Shown here: positions 1 to 13,354 of the stretch, one piece after another
Layout of the letters: each line of letters begins with the position of its first letter
Position numbering within the stretch: the first letter of the stretch is position 1
DNA from: the human T2T-CHM13v2.0 reference genome, Homo sapiens
DNA length: 64,000 bases
Direction: 5' to 3' (one strand)
NCBI RefSeq assembly: GCF_009914755.1
Contig: NC_060937.1
Notes under the pieces: model-generated
The model's database searches: none
Seen by the model: the letters and a program-made list of their open reading frames with translations, nothing else
Told to the model about the DNA's origin: nothing
Position numbers and translations under genes: made by a program

Positions 1-419
1 AGTTCTCTCAGGCAAAGACCATGTGTGCCATTATTTTGAAACACAGCCAGAACAACTACCAGTTCTTAAACACCATCGGTATGGGGAGATCATATACTTC
101 CCAATGTCTTCATCATCTCACTTGCTTTCTCTGGTTTTGGCTTTTTCTCTCTGCAAGAAAATTGAAGGCATTTGCCACAAAGAGAAACTGACCAAGGGAA
201 AATTTCTCTTACAGTTTTATTACTCACCCATGGGTTGATGTCAGGTGTCAAAACTATTGCAAATATTTTATTAGCATTCAATCACAACATGAAAGGTTGA
301 GAATGATTTACCTTTTTGTAAATTGTTTCTTATTCACGTATATAGCACATCTCTCGTAAGTATATATGAAAAGCTTTGGCACCACTTTCACTCTGCATTT
401 CTGAGGAGCAACCCTCAGC

Positions 420-617
420 AGTTGTGAAGAGCAGGACTTTGAAATTAGAAACGTGGATTTAGACAACACTGCTGGCTCTTCCTAATTTCTAAGGCTAGTT
501 TTACTACCTCATTGATCTGGTGGAGAGATTGAAAGAGATTAACACTTGTGAGACACTTAGTTCATTGCCTGGCCCAAAGTAAGTAACTCAGCAAATAGTA
601 GCTGCTGTTTTTATTAG
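420..617 (+). mobile_element. MIR SINE, degraded
   Basis: MIR 3' core: 'gagattgaaagagattaacacttgtgagacacttagttcattgcctggcccaaagtaagtaactcagcaaatagtagctgctg'. Confidence 0.65.
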
Positions 618-780
618 GACAGATTCAGGATTAACTTTTTGAAATAGTGTTATTCACCCATGTTCAAAAATGCTTTCTGGAGGAGACAAGAAAGAGGTGG
701 AGACAAAGGGAGAAACTTAGCCAAGTTCCAGGTTCTCCTATGAGAAGGAGTCATACACAGACACACAGAGGATTATCTAC

Positions 781-1171
781 TGTATTAGCCCATTTTTACA
801 CTTCACACTGCTCTAAATAACCACCTGAGATTGGGTAATTTTTAAAGAAAAGAGGTTTAATTGACATGCAGTTCTGCAGGCTGTACAGAAAGCTCGCTGG
901 GGAGGCCTCAGGAAACTTACGATCATGGCGGAAGGGCGAAGGGGAAGCAAGCACCTTCTTCACGTGGCAGAGAAGGTGGAAGAGCGTGAAGGAGGAGGTA
1001 CTGCACACTTTTTAACAACCAGATCTTGTGAGAAGTCATTCTCTGTCATGAAAACAGCAAGGGAGACATCCACCCCATGATCCAATCACCTCCCACCAGG
1101 ACCCTCCCCCAACACTGGCGATTACAATTCAACATGAGATTTGGGTGGGGACACAAATCCAAACCGTATCA
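781..1171 (-). mobile_element. THE1D-like MaLR solo LTR
   Basis: Begins tgtattag, ends 'gagatttgggtggggacacaaatccaaaccgtatca' (rc of TGATATGGTTTGG); flanks tctac/tctgc form a 5-bp TSD with 1 mismatch. Confidence 0.9.
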
Positions 1172-2923
1172 TCTGCCATGTATCATGTGAGAAGAACTGA
1201 AAAGAAAAACAAAGAAGGACAGAATGGTCCAGGAGAAAGAATGGCTCGGGAGTCTTATTGATCCAGGTGCTGATTGTCGTACAGTGTTGAAAATGTGACT
1301 TAACCTTTGCGAGGCGCAATGACTTCACTGCAGAGAAAATAATATCGAACTTGTTTTAGAAAGTGAATAAGTTATGTATCTATGGTGTCTAACCTAGTGT
1401 CTGCCACACACACAAGTCATTTTGTAAAGGCGATTTTTTCCTCATTTCCAGTCTTCTTAAAATATGACTCCTATGTTCTCATCTGGGCTTCAAGTTTACC
1501 TAAACTAATATTGCAGTTCCTTAAACTCATGTTGGATTCCTTTGAACAGGATCTCCCCAGACTTAGTCACTCAAGCTGAGTTGAAACTCCTTGCACTTTT
1601 TGCTTTTATATACCTCAGCATATTCTGAACCACTTTTTATCCATTTTTACACTAATATGGGGCTACAAAAGTACAAGAATCTTATCAAGACTCTTGCACA
1701 TGCACATCCATGGCAGACCTCACAGATCCGTCGGTGACCTCACAGAGCCCATACACTGCAATTCAACCCATCTCTTGATGAGTAGACACCACCGACCTTC
1801 CAACACGGAAAGCCTCTTTTCAGCTCCATCCTGACATCCCCTTGAGTTATTGATTGGCTAGTTTTCCAAATTGCTTCCATGCCATCATCCAAGTCTTTCT
1901 TGCTGGCTTTGATCTCAAACTTGCCCCAACTATCTGTCCATTATATACAATAGACAATTATAAAAACAGACGATTATTTTTAATCCCTCCGATCTCTCAA
2001 TTATAGAATATTATAGATTTTCAGAGGACTAAAAACCAATCACGACCAGAAAGAGTCACAGCATGAAAACAAAAAATCAGAAAGAGAAACAGAGATCACT
2101 ACACAAAATGCTTATCCTTTAAAAAGAAACTCATTTAAAAGAAAAGCAGAAAAGTAATTTTCTTCCACCCCCATTTTTAGTCTTTTCCATGGAGTAATTT
2201 TTGTTCTTTAATGAATGTCTTCCTCTTGTGACATTTTAGAATCTTCGTTATGTTCTCTTAACTATTTACAAAGATGTGTTGTTTTGTTCTTGTTACGAGA
2301 GCTTCTTAAGGTAATCTCCTTACACTTGATGTAGCAAAACCAAGAAATTAATGTCTTTTGAAAAACTAGAAATAGTTCTAATTACCTCTTCATCTGAAAA
2401 GAATGACCAATTTGAGCCTACAATTTTGGCAAAGAATGTTTTCTTACTTGATTTTTTTTTATAATGTACCATTTCACATAGGAGAAGAACAAACAAACTC
2501 CAACAAAAATGAGTTAACAGTAAAATAAGTAATTTTGTATAGAAAAAAATGATAAAGTCTCATTATTGAGTGCTTTGTATTACCCAGCATCTTCTTGATT
2601 TCTTTTAGACAATATACACCTACTCATTCACTTTGCTATAATCTGTGCAAATGACAAATTAAAGAATGCTTGCAAGTCCATCCAAACTTGCTGTCACAAG
2701 CCTCTGCTACTTTTTAATACAACAATCATGATCATTTTTTTCTGTACATAATTGAGGTAATACCTTTAATCAAGTTTTTTGTTTGGTTTTTCTTGGCTGT
2801 AATATTAATATTTAATATTAATATTGGTTTTGGTTTAATATTAATAAAACAAAATTTAGTCATTAATGGTAACCATCAGAGTTTAGCAAATATTGTAGCA
2901 ACTGTGATTGAAAAGAAAGTACA

Positions 2924-3050
2924 GAATTACTGGGAAGCAAGGAATTACTGGGAATTACTGGGAAGAATTACTGGGAATCAAGGAAGAGAAGAATTACTGG
3001 GAAGCAAGAAAGAGAAGAATTACTGGGAAGAATTACTGGGAAGCAAGGAA
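2924..3050. repeat. Irregular minisatellite, 7 copies of GAATTACTGG(GAA)
   Basis: gaattactgg at 2924, 2942, 2952, 2965, 2991, 3017, 3030 with purine-rich spacers. Confidence 0.9.
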
Positions 3051-3175
3051 GAGAAGCAGAAGGAAAAGAAGGGAAGGAAAGGAAGAAGCAGAAGGAAAGG
3101 AAGGGAAGGAAAGGAAAGGAAGGGAAGGAAAGGAAAGGAAGAAAATGAAAAAAGAAAGGAAAGGTAAGGAAGAAA
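3040..3175. repeat. GA-rich low-complexity tract (GGAAA/GGAA)
   Basis: Nearly pure purine run 'aaggaaaggaagggaaggaaaggaaagg...'. Confidence 0.9.
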
Positions 3176-3261
3176 ATGTAACCTTTTAAAAAATCTCCCA
3201 GCTTCCCTTCCTGTAACTGTAGCCATTAGAATGGATACTTTCCTTTCAGCTAACTTTGATC

Positions 3262-3380
3262 TCACTATGAACCATGTGCCCAGTACTGTCCTTAGTGCTG
3301 GAGATAAAAAGAAATGCTCCATTCATTGTCCTTAATGAACTCACAACCTAAAAGGAGAAACAGATATGGTCAACAAATGC
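3262..3380 (-). mobile_element. L2 3'-end fragment
   Basis: 'catgtgcccagtactgtccttagtgctggagata...gtccttaatgaactcacaacctaaaaggagaaacagat' resembles the rc of the L2 3' end. Confidence 0.55.
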
Positions 3381-4067
3381 TTTACTGGGTGAGAAAATTC
3401 TAAACTCAGAAAAAAATCTAAATTTGAAATACTTTGGAGGTATTTAGATGGACTACTCAAATCACAAGTCATCGCATGACTTAAACCAAGATGGCAAACT
3501 CCGGAGGGTATGTAGGCCCGTCAAGGAGATGCTGGCGGCATGCCACAGGACAGATCTTTCTAGGAGGAAGAGTTAATGCTGTTGGTAAGACACAGGCTGC
3601 AGGAAATAGTTTAGCAATATGGAAACACCATCACTAGCACAAGACATTTCAATGTAATGTTTTTCTTTAACAATAATGTTGTTTTGAGAAAAAATAACTT
3701 TGCTTTCCATGTTCATAACTGTTTAAAGTGTCTTACTGAGACGATCAGCATAAAACTAATGAATATTTTGGTTACTTTTTTGTATGCACATACAAGAGCA
3801 AGCACTCAGATAACCTTGTTTCTCATCTCTGACCCATAAAATGCTAAAACCTCACACTCTTCACAGTTTGACTGCACAGATAAGTCAATGATTATTGTTC
3901 AACCTTCTATGAACCAACCAGTTGAAAATGACATTTTCTGTACCTTTTAGAAAATTAGTATTTAGGATTATGATTTTGGAAAGAGAAAGGTCAAGGACTT
4001 TCATAATTTACTTCTCATTTTTTAAAAATAAGGCACTTACAGTCAAAGACGACTCATACTTCACATA

Positions 4068-4323
4068 TGTATTTATTTACTAAGGCTGGCATACAATGTA
4101 CCATAAACTCGATGGCTTAAGATGGCAGAAATATATTTATTCTCCAACAGTCCTGCAGACAAGAAGGCTGAAATCAAGGTGTTGGCATGGTTGCGTTTTC
4201 TGAAAGGCTCTAAGACAAAATCTGTTCCATGTATTTCTTTTAGCTTCTGACAGTCACATGCTGAGATACTAGATGTTACTACTTCAACATACTTCTTTGG
4301 GAGACTCAATTCAACCCATAACA
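4068..4323 (-). mobile_element. MLT1 (MLT1B/C-like) LTR with internal deletion
   Basis: tgtatt...'gaaatcaaggtgttggcatggttg'...'caattcaacccataaca'; TSD acata/acatg. Confidence 0.8.
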
Positions 4324-4761
4324 ACATGCGATGATTATGTCACAGTACTCTTCAAATTGGTAGAATAATAAAATAGAATATCCAAAGCAGGAAATAGCTG
4401 CAGAAGAAACAGCTGTCCTGTAAATCAGGCAATATTGGGTGTTTAGTGCATTATAAAAATGAATAGAGACAGATGACCCAATTTAGGAGTGTTCTGGTGA
4501 ATGGCAGATATTTATTTCAAATCTAAAAACTTGCAGCTTTAAAATTTAATATTAATCTAAAGCTTACAGAAGTAGAAATAAGCTAATAATTTCAAAATGA
4601 AATATTTAATATATTGAATATACTATTCAGAATTCTACTGAAATAGAAGGGTTTTAAGTAAACTCTCAATTACGTTGCAATTGCTAAAAGTACACATACT
4701 TATTCCTCTGTGCATTCTGAGGTGGCTACTGTATGCAGCGGATTTAAAAATCATCAAAATC

Positions 4762-5196
4762 TGTACTAGTTGCCCAGGGTGGCTATAATAATCTACCACA
4801 ACTTGAGTTCTATAGTGTAACATAAATGTGTTCTCCCACAACTTTGAAGTCTAGAAGTTTAATACCAGGGTGTCAGCTGGGCCAGGCTTCTTCTGAGACT
4901 CTTAGCAGATTCTTTGGCTCGTCCTAGCTTCTGGTTGTGGTCTTCAGTCTTCGGTGTTCCTTGGCTTGCAACGGCATCACTCTAATCTCTGCTTCTGTCG
5001 CTGCATGGCCTTCTCCCTGGGTGTCTATGGATCTTCTCTTCTTATAAAGACATCAATCATATTGAATTAGGGCCCACTTTAATCTTAACTTGATTACATC
5101 TGCAAAGATGCTATTGCCAAATAAAGTCACATTCCCAGGTACTGGGGATAAGGACTTCAATATATCTTTTTGGGTGACACAATTCAACTCCTAGCA
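4762..5196 (-). mobile_element. MLT1C-like MaLR LTR
   Basis: 'cttataaagacatcaatcatattgaattagggcccac...gattacatctgcaaagatgctattgccaaataaagtcacattc...acacaattcaactcctagca'. Confidence 0.85.
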
Positions 5197-5263
5197 GTCT
5201 GTCCTCTGAATGGCAGCTTCTGTAGGTAATCTCCTTTATAAACATAATATAAAAATAATGTGG

Positions 5264-5409
5264 CTTAAAACCTAGATGACAGGTTGATAGGTGCAGCAAA
5301 CCACCATGGCACATGTTTACCTATGTAACCAACCTGCACATTCTAGACATGTATCCTGGAACTTAAAATAAAAAATAAAAATAAATTAAAAATTATAAAG
5401 CAATTGAAA
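5264..5409 (+). mobile_element. 5'-truncated L1PA (L1PA7/8-like) 3' end
   Basis: 'cttaaaacctagatgacaggttgataggtgcagcaaaccaccatggcacatg...cttaaaataaaa' plus A-rich tail; TSD aaaaataat(g/a)tgg at 5251-5263 and 5410-5422. Confidence 0.9.
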
Positions 5410-6297
5410 AAAAATAATATGGAGTGCCTCTGAGTTGATCCCTTGATGCTTTGAGTGATGCCTTTGGAGTCAACCAGGAATTTCAAAATGCATTTAGGAC
5501 ATTTTTCCTTTTGGTTAAAAAAAATGGCCTCTAACCTATTTGGAACTGAGACTCTCTCTGGGATCTGCTGGCTTGGGAGAAATGCCAATCCTAGCCATTC
5601 TCTCACATCAGCTTAGAAGGTTCTATGTATTCATTTTTTAAGTAAAACAGAAAAAAAGCTGAATTGCATTTAATAAATTATATCAATATTGCCTTCTCTT
5701 TGAAATAATAAGAGGCACCATGAAGGACCAACACTGCAGCTGAGAATCACTAGTACCAAAATATTTTTCTGTAGGAATAAATATTTGAATATATATTAGA
5801 AATTAAGTGATCCAAGTCTTAGATATTTTTCTTCTGATAAAGTCTATTATCTATTCTTCCTTTTGCTTCAGTTGTCTATCTTAAAAAATGCTTTTAATAA
5901 TGTCTGTGAGGCAGAAAAATTACCCACTCTGAAAATGGCATTATGATAAATTATTTTATTTTTCAAAGAAGCATCAAGATAAATTTGAGTAATTTTAACA
6001 TACCAATTATTTTTAAAGATAAATAGAAGGGTATCTTTGAATGAATGCTAAAATTTTGAAATAAATCTCTTAATCATTTTGGACATGAACTTGAATATTG
6101 TTTTGTAAAATTTTCATTTACACACCCATTAATTATTTAACAAATATCACAAAAACTATTTTTCTCAAGAGTTGAAACTTTTCTTCTCATAAATGTGGGT
6201 CTATCTTATGTAGATAAGGGGCAAAAATCTGTTATTTTCTTTTGGCCCAAAATGCCCCAAGCTTCCCATTAAGGGGCTGATCTCATTAGATATCACA

Positions 6298-6392
6298 GGC
6301 TCTGTCATTAATTGTGTGACCTGGGGCAACTTCCTTAGTCACTCTGTCTCTCTTTCCATGTATTCTGAAATAAAGGGAATTGGATTAGATTC
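6298..6392 (+). mobile_element. MIR/MIR3 fragment
   Basis: 'ctctgtcattaattgtgtgacctggggcaacttccttagtcactctg...aaataaagggaattggattagat'. Confidence 0.6.
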
Positions 6393-9300
6393 TTTTCAAG
6401 CCATGAAATGTCAGTTTTGAAATACTTGTGGATAGTCTTGATTTACAATAACACACTTGGACAGTTCAGTATTTAGACAGAGCTTAATGAAAGGGATGCA
6501 GAGAATGGCAGAAGCACACAAGGCTGATTCAGGCATAAAAAATTATACGGTGAGCCAGAGAGGCACACCTGCCTTCTTTCTGGGAAAAAAAAACGTGTGT
6601 GACTAACCAATAATCCACCCCAACATTTACAAGGGCGATTAATTAACTGGGAATGCATGATTCTTGAATGCAAACTTGTTTTTATGCAATGTGAGTCATG
6701 CAATACAAATTAATGTTGTCTTATAGAGGTGCAATTCTTGTGAGTTGATGCCAAACAGCCAGCAGTCTCCCATTGCCCCATCTTTTCTTAAAGGAGCAAA
6801 AGGAGTAGATTAGACTACAACAAATCTCATCATTTCATGTCAAACCTGCCTCATGCTACAGCTCATCCAGCCTGTGCCATATTTTATCACTGTCACACAC
6901 CCTGGCTCAGTCATTATGCCCTTAGGTGTCCAAAGGTATTTAGAAAACAACAAGACAACTTCATTAAGATTGGCACGGCACCAAAAATCCAGATGCTGAA
7001 TGCAGTGTGAACAAGAGGGCTGGCACAGACAAGTATCTGGCTCATTAGATGTCTAGGGTGATCACAGCCATCAGCAGGTGTGTCCAGCACCCGTCAGGGA
7101 TGTGTCACCTAGTGGGCTGTGATTTAGGAGGGGGACAGTGAAATAGTACAACAGAGATGACTGTTGTTGAGGCCAGTGATGGGGACTGATTCTCGATGGT
7201 GCTTGGCAGTACCTCAATTCATTTCTTATACATTATCTTATCTTCCCTATCACGCCCTTCAGGGTGTCTCAGATGTACTGCATCGGGATTAGCAGTGTTC
7301 ATTGTGACCTCAGCTAGTCAGGGGCAGAGCTCAGACTAATACCAGATCCCATGATTCAGATACCTTAACTTTTCTAAACTTGCTTAGATAACACATACTT
7401 CACCTGTAAGGTAATATACAGATACTTTAGATCCATATGGAAATATGTTGCCTTGATTATCTAGATATTTTAATAAAACATGTTATCTAGATATTTTAGT
7501 AACATTTAATTATCTAGAGATTTGAACAAAAGTTAAATTATATAAATATTTAATAACATTTCTTTGATTTTTATTGTTATTGAAAAATTGCTTCAGTTCT
7601 CAAAATTCTGTATTAAACAAAATGAAAAAAATGAGCAAAGAAAACTAGATAAATAAATTTTAGTATTGCACTCTAGATAACCTACACTAAGCCAGATAAA
7701 TGGGGTGGAATTAAGATAGCAAACCATCAAGACTAAATATATCTTTGGATAAGTTATTTGAAGCAATTAAATGATCTTCAAGAAATAGCATCAACTTAAA
7801 GATATAATTAACACCAGGAGATAAATACATAACTTCTCCAATACTTATTTTCCCAGTCACCTTGACAAAAGCCACTTTTACAGTATAGTCAGAGGAGTGG
7901 AGAGGGCCAGAGCTGGGTGTAGGCCTATGGGGAGACATGGACTGGAGAGTTTTTAGACTTGCATAGACTGATGAGCTTTCAGAGATTTTGCGAGATTTCA
8001 TAAAATCTTTCTGGGCCTAAGTTTTCTCACCTGTAAAATGAGGGTAGAGATGAAACAACTACATAAAGCACCAACCCACAGCAGATGCTCAGTCAGCACT
8101 ACCCACACACTGACCATTGAAAGCCCAGGTTTTGCAATTGGTGGGACAGAAAGGTATTTCCCCCTCTGATCTTGAAGCCTTTCTCTGGTACATTATCATG
8201 CTTGGTCTTGATTTACAGTTAACTAATTTCTCATCATGCCTTTTGATAAGCTGGTAAACTTGTTCATGTCAGCGCCGCATCTTCATCATTTTTGTTTTTG
8301 TTTTTATATTCCTGTAGCAATTCACTGGTGCAATCAGTGACTTATAGTATATGCTCAATAAACTGTTGTATGGAATCATGGAATTTGTAATGTACATTTT
8401 TAACAATAAAATTATGTAAAATGATTCAATTACATCGAATCTAAACTTACATTTCTTCACATTTTATTTTATTTGGGAGAAAATGGAAACTTTTTGGAAA
8501 TACAATAAAAACTTTAGATAGTTACATCACAAGCCTACCGATCTCTGACTCTAGGGTTTGAAAACATAAAACCTAAAAACTCATACAGCAAATTTTGCAA
8601 AACTAGAGCTAAACATCTGTTCATTTTATGTAGGGCCTTAGGGCCTTAGGTAACTTGCTAGCACTATCAGTACCCAAAGCGTCAAGAGAAGAAGATGGGA
8701 GACAGATGGATGTCTTGCAATTTTTACTTAGTGTTTAAGGAAATTAATTTTTCCTCATTATGCACTGACACAAAATATAGCTTTCACAAATAATTAGTTA
8801 GAAAATTAACTCTTCTACATCAAGGGCACATGTTAAGTCTTAAGGATTTTTTTAACCACAGTGAATATATTTTGTCATGATTCCTGAATTTAAGGCAATT
8901 AGGAACTGATATGGAGATTAGAGCAAGACAAACAGGTGAAATCACATACATGCCACTTGATCCTTAGTGTTTATTCTAGAGGACACTCAGTTCCTTGGAT
9001 ATTAAATAAATTTGTGTGAGTATGAGATAGCTGGAGAGGAGCTCAAATCAGGGTGTTCATCTCTGTCTCTCTTTCCTTCTCTCTCAACTATTTTTTCCAT
9101 TGTCTTGTACTCTTTTCTTCCTTGGATCATGATCCCTTTTGGAGTCCCCTCCACTCCCTAAGTGTTTCTGAGTTCCACAAGAACTGCAAGGCTTCCCTCA
9201 TGGATTATGGCAATTTGGCTTCTGGTACTGACCCAAGCTGAAATAAATAGGTGTCACTGGGTGAGCAGGCAGCCTCAGATTGGAAAGACTCTTCAGACCT

Positions 9301-10104
9301 CATTTTGCACCTCACTAAGCACAGCAGGTTGGCTCAGCTTTAACTCATGCAAATGAAAAACAAAAGCTGCAGGGCTGATTTTCTTTGAACTTCAGGGCCC
9401 TACCTGTAAACAGCACTTAGTTCCCATAGTCACAGACAGGTCAGGAATTTGATTGTTTAACATTCCTCAGAATTTATGGCCTTCGTCTTGATGAGTGAGA
9501 TCACTCAAAGGAACACTCCTGGAGCAATAGTTTCGAGAATTATTATCACAGCATCTGTTAACACTAATGGCTGCAGGATGCCTGCAGCAGTTCAGGACGA
9601 TACCCATCGGTATGTGAAAGGCACAGGTAGGATCCTTCGTAAACTCTAACTTGATGCAGACATATTCCTCTATAAACAACATCGATCTCTGGGACAGAAA
9701 TGAAGAATGTCAGAAAGGATGAGCTCTTGGTCATTTTGTCATGCTGAAGTTTGGGCAGCGATTGAAGAAGGAAGGCTGGGTAGAGGGTCCAGGATTGAAT
9801 CCTATTTGGAGGTGTGAGTATTGGGTTAGGTGCTGCCTTCCTCTGCTATACCCATTGCTTGCAAGAATCGCCTTGTACAGCAAGCTCAGCCTTGCCCAGA
9901 CCCAGAGGCAATATTGGCCCCACCTGGCTCATGAGAGCAACTTCCAGACCTGGGCAGAAGGCCAGGAGGTACGTGTGCCATGTAGGGTGGGCATTACATG
10001 AGAAGCTCATAAAGCCCAGTGCTTACATAGATGCCCAGGAAGCCAACCAAGGTCACTCTCAGGTTCATAAGAAAGTTCATCTCGGTGATGTTTTTTCACT
10101 GATA

Positions 10105-10171
<67 letters not shown>
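10105..10171. repeat. Compound microsatellite (TC)13(AC)20
   Basis: Read directly. Confidence 0.97.
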
Positions 10172-10177
<6 letters not shown>

Positions 10178-10529
10178 GGGGGACGGAGTTAGTAAAATAC
10201 GAATTATTCAAAAAGTAAATGGGAAGGCCTCCATATGGCAGACCAAATGTAACATCCCAAGAATGAAAGCAAGGCCAGGGAGAAGTGGGCAGGCACATTC
10301 GGACTGGACAGGTATGGATTAGGTCCAGCAGGGTGAGCCACAACACAGACTCAACCACCTTATGCAAGGTCAGAAGCAGAGTCAGATACTAAGGAACAAG
10401 ATTTCTGGGAAGCCTGCAATGACAGTCTTCAGCAGTATCTAAACAAGACGGAGGTGGCAGGACTGGGTAAGAACAGAGGTGGCAAGACCAGAGTCATGAC
10501 ATGCAAGGCCAGGCTGATGGCAGCTCTTG

Positions 10530-10710
10530 CATTCCGGCTCTACCATGCTTGAGTCTGTTTCCTTGAGTAAATCAACTCCAACCTTTGGCCTGTATCCTTC
10601 CTCTTTAAAACGTAGTGGATTATACCTAATTGGCTGGGAAATAATCTAGGTAGAGGGCCTACTAGCATAATGCCTGCGATGTTATAGGCTCTTAATAAAT
10701 ACCAGTTTAC
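10530..10710 (+). mobile_element. MIR fragment
   Basis: 'ccttgagtaaatcaactccaacctttggcctgtatccttcctctttaaaacg...tagcataatgcctgcgatgttataggctcttaataaat'. Confidence 0.55.
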
Positions 10711-11246
10711 TTTTACTAAGTCAATTTCCTGTTGTTTATGCTACAACCTCTGCTTATAATTAGGATTGATTTCGGAGTGTGAAAGTGACCTAGACCTCTG
10801 AGGGGTCTAGACCAGAACAACACCTGGGAATCTCACAGTAATTTATGGAACTCATTAAAGTCACTAATAAACATAAAGACCTCACCCCCCAAAAAAGTCC
10901 AATAACTTCTTGTTTTAAATTAAAATGTAGATTCATGTAAAATATAATTCAAACCTATGACCTGATAAGATGAGAATATTAATTTGCATCATTTTCAATA
11001 CAAAGCTGTCACAAGAATTTGAGTTGTAAGATAGCTTGCAAGTTTTAGTGGAAAAAGTACAGATGTTGAAGTTACGGGTTCACAGTCCCGAACCTATAAT
11101 ACTGAATATTGTTTTAGTGTCTGTGTCAACTACAGACAACCAAGCCCTGCTTCCCTGCTACATACACAAATACGTCAGCACACTTCCAGGAAGTTCCTCT
11201 CCCTGGAAACTTTCAAAAGGCTATTTTTTCTTCTTCTTTTACTAAT

Positions 11247-11535
11247 TGTTATTATTATTACTATTATTTATACAGGGTCTTGCTCTGTCTCTCATGCTGG
11301 AGTGCAGTGATGCAATCACAGCTTACTACAACCTGGACCTCCTGGGCTCAAGAGATCCTCCTACCCCAATCTCCCAAGTAGCTGGGACTATAGGCGTGCA
11401 CTATCATGCCTGGCTAACTTTTGCATTTTTGTAGAGACAGGGTTTCGCCATGTCACCCAGGCTGATGTCAAACTCCTAGGCTCAAGCAATCTGCCCACCT
11501 CCACCTCCCAAAGTTCTGGGATTACAGGCGTGAGC
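11247..11535 (-). mobile_element. AluJ
   Basis: 'cagggtcttgctctg...tcctgggctcaagagatcctcctacc...gggattacaggcgtgagc'; J-type 'gggctcaag' in both arms; degenerate (TAT)n tail. Confidence 0.92.
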
Positions 11536-12639
11536 TGTTTATTGTTAGACTGATCTTTAAAAAAAGTTTTTAGAGCTTATTTGTTAGTGTAGCACCTATT
11601 GAACATGAAGTGTAATATGAGATACACTTATTTATAAAACTTGTATATGTAGAGACAATGAGTTTTCTTCTTTTTCACTGGAATGGGGAGTGAGAGGGCT
11701 TTTAGCTACTCAGAGAAAAATATTCTTGCTATATTCCTGTTCCAAACAATGATCTGTGAAGCCTTAAGTATAGAAAGCTCAGAAGCTGTATTCTTCTACT
11801 GAGTTTGCCCAGAGAACATCTGCTTCAGAAGTATGGAATGCTTCATTTAGCCTTGGTTGTATCTCTAGACATTGGTCTAAAAATCTTAGCTGGAGTGTTT
11901 AAATGGGTCAGAAGTGCCCTTGGCCACTAAAGATTTATGTTAAAGTCTTATTTTGTGTTTTGTAAATGTGCTGTACACATGAGTTTTTAAAGCATGAATA
12001 AGTTATTAAATGATCAAATATAAGAAACAGAAGATATAATTACATAAAAACATTATCTTACCCAAAAACTGTCACAGAAGAGAGAATTCTGATACAAATA
12101 TACTGGTTGATTAGGGAGCATGGAATTAATTGCATTTAATTTGTCCAGAAAGTGAGTTGATATCACTACACTAATCAAATTCAGATTTCTGCCTGCTGTT
12201 CCATTTCTTTCTCATTCAGAGTGATGTATTTCAGATATATGTTCTACTCCAGGACAATGACTTGTCTGCGAGTTCCCTGGCCTGTCAGGAGACATTAGTG
12301 ACTGTTGCTAAAACTGCTTCTGCCTCAAACAAAACAATACCTGTATCATGGGTTCCTGGTCAGAAGGAAAAAGGAAGAAAACACTGCTGAACTTCAAACA
12401 AATATACATATGCGCTAAAATTGGATCAGGATAGAATGTAGCTGAACGTTTGAAATATCACATGAGAAAATGAAATCCTGGACATCTGATTTGCAAAGTT
12501 TTGCTTGTGCTTTTTAAGTGAAATAAGCATCATCTAACAAATAAGACATAGCAATGATAGAAGGATAGATGAAAACAAACAAACAGACAAACAAAATCTG
12601 AGGCGGACATCCAGGACTCATATCTAGATGATCTCGCCC

Positions 12640-12812
12640 CATTTCTTAAGCACTTGGAGCCTAGTTTCCCCATCTGTGACACTGAGATTTGTATATTACC
12701 TATCTCACAGGGTGGCGTGAAAAGTATCTGAACTCATTCAGGTAAAGTTCTTAGCATAGTGCATAGCACATGGTTAGAGCTCAACACTATTTAGCTAAGT
12801 GTGACTATTACC
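12640..12812 (+). mobile_element. MIR
   Basis: 'gagcctagtttccccatctgtgac...tacctatctcacagggtggcgtga...gtaaagttcttagcatagtgcatagcacatggttagagctcaa'. Confidence 0.75.
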
Positions 12813-13354
12813 TTATTGATTTACTTTGGGTAGCATGAAAAGTGCTGACATATGACATACTCAGCCATCAAAACTATTGAAATTATTGAATAATCAAATT
12901 ATTGATTGAATACTCCAATTTTTTTCCATGTCTCTGATGTTTTGCAATTGAAAGGACACCTCACCAGCTTAAGATCATTTAAGTTTCACAGAAACTCTGC
13001 GGGCTAAGTCAGTAAGAAATTGAATTTGGGGGATACTAAGTGTCCTTTTTCCAGTGATCTGAAACTAGAGAGCATAAGCAAAGCAACATCCTAGGAAATT
13101 CAGGAGCTCTCACGAAACAGCGAATCAAAGGCAGCAATTCAGAAATGAAGCCAGAGAGTAACTGCCTGCATGGCCTCCACTATATAATAAAACCATCATG
13201 TTCACCCATGAACGAGGCTACTGGAACTAAATGATGGAAATAAACTGGGGGTCAAGTTCTACCTATTCAGTTTCTCAAGCTCTTTATATAGTAAAGAGAT
13301 GCCTCCAGAATCCTGCCTTAGCAGAGGCAAGCAGGGAGATACAACCACATCAGT

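Noticed and set aside
2924-3050. Repeat-spacer look of the GAATTACTGG array (CRISPR-like)
   Set aside because: Units are only 10 bp, spacers are 0-16 bp of repeated purine sequence, there are no cas genes, and the DNA is primate. It is a minisatellite.
2793-3322. ORFs of 93-124 aa rich in K/E/R/G or F/L/S/P
   Set aside because: Translations of the minisatellite and GA-rich tract
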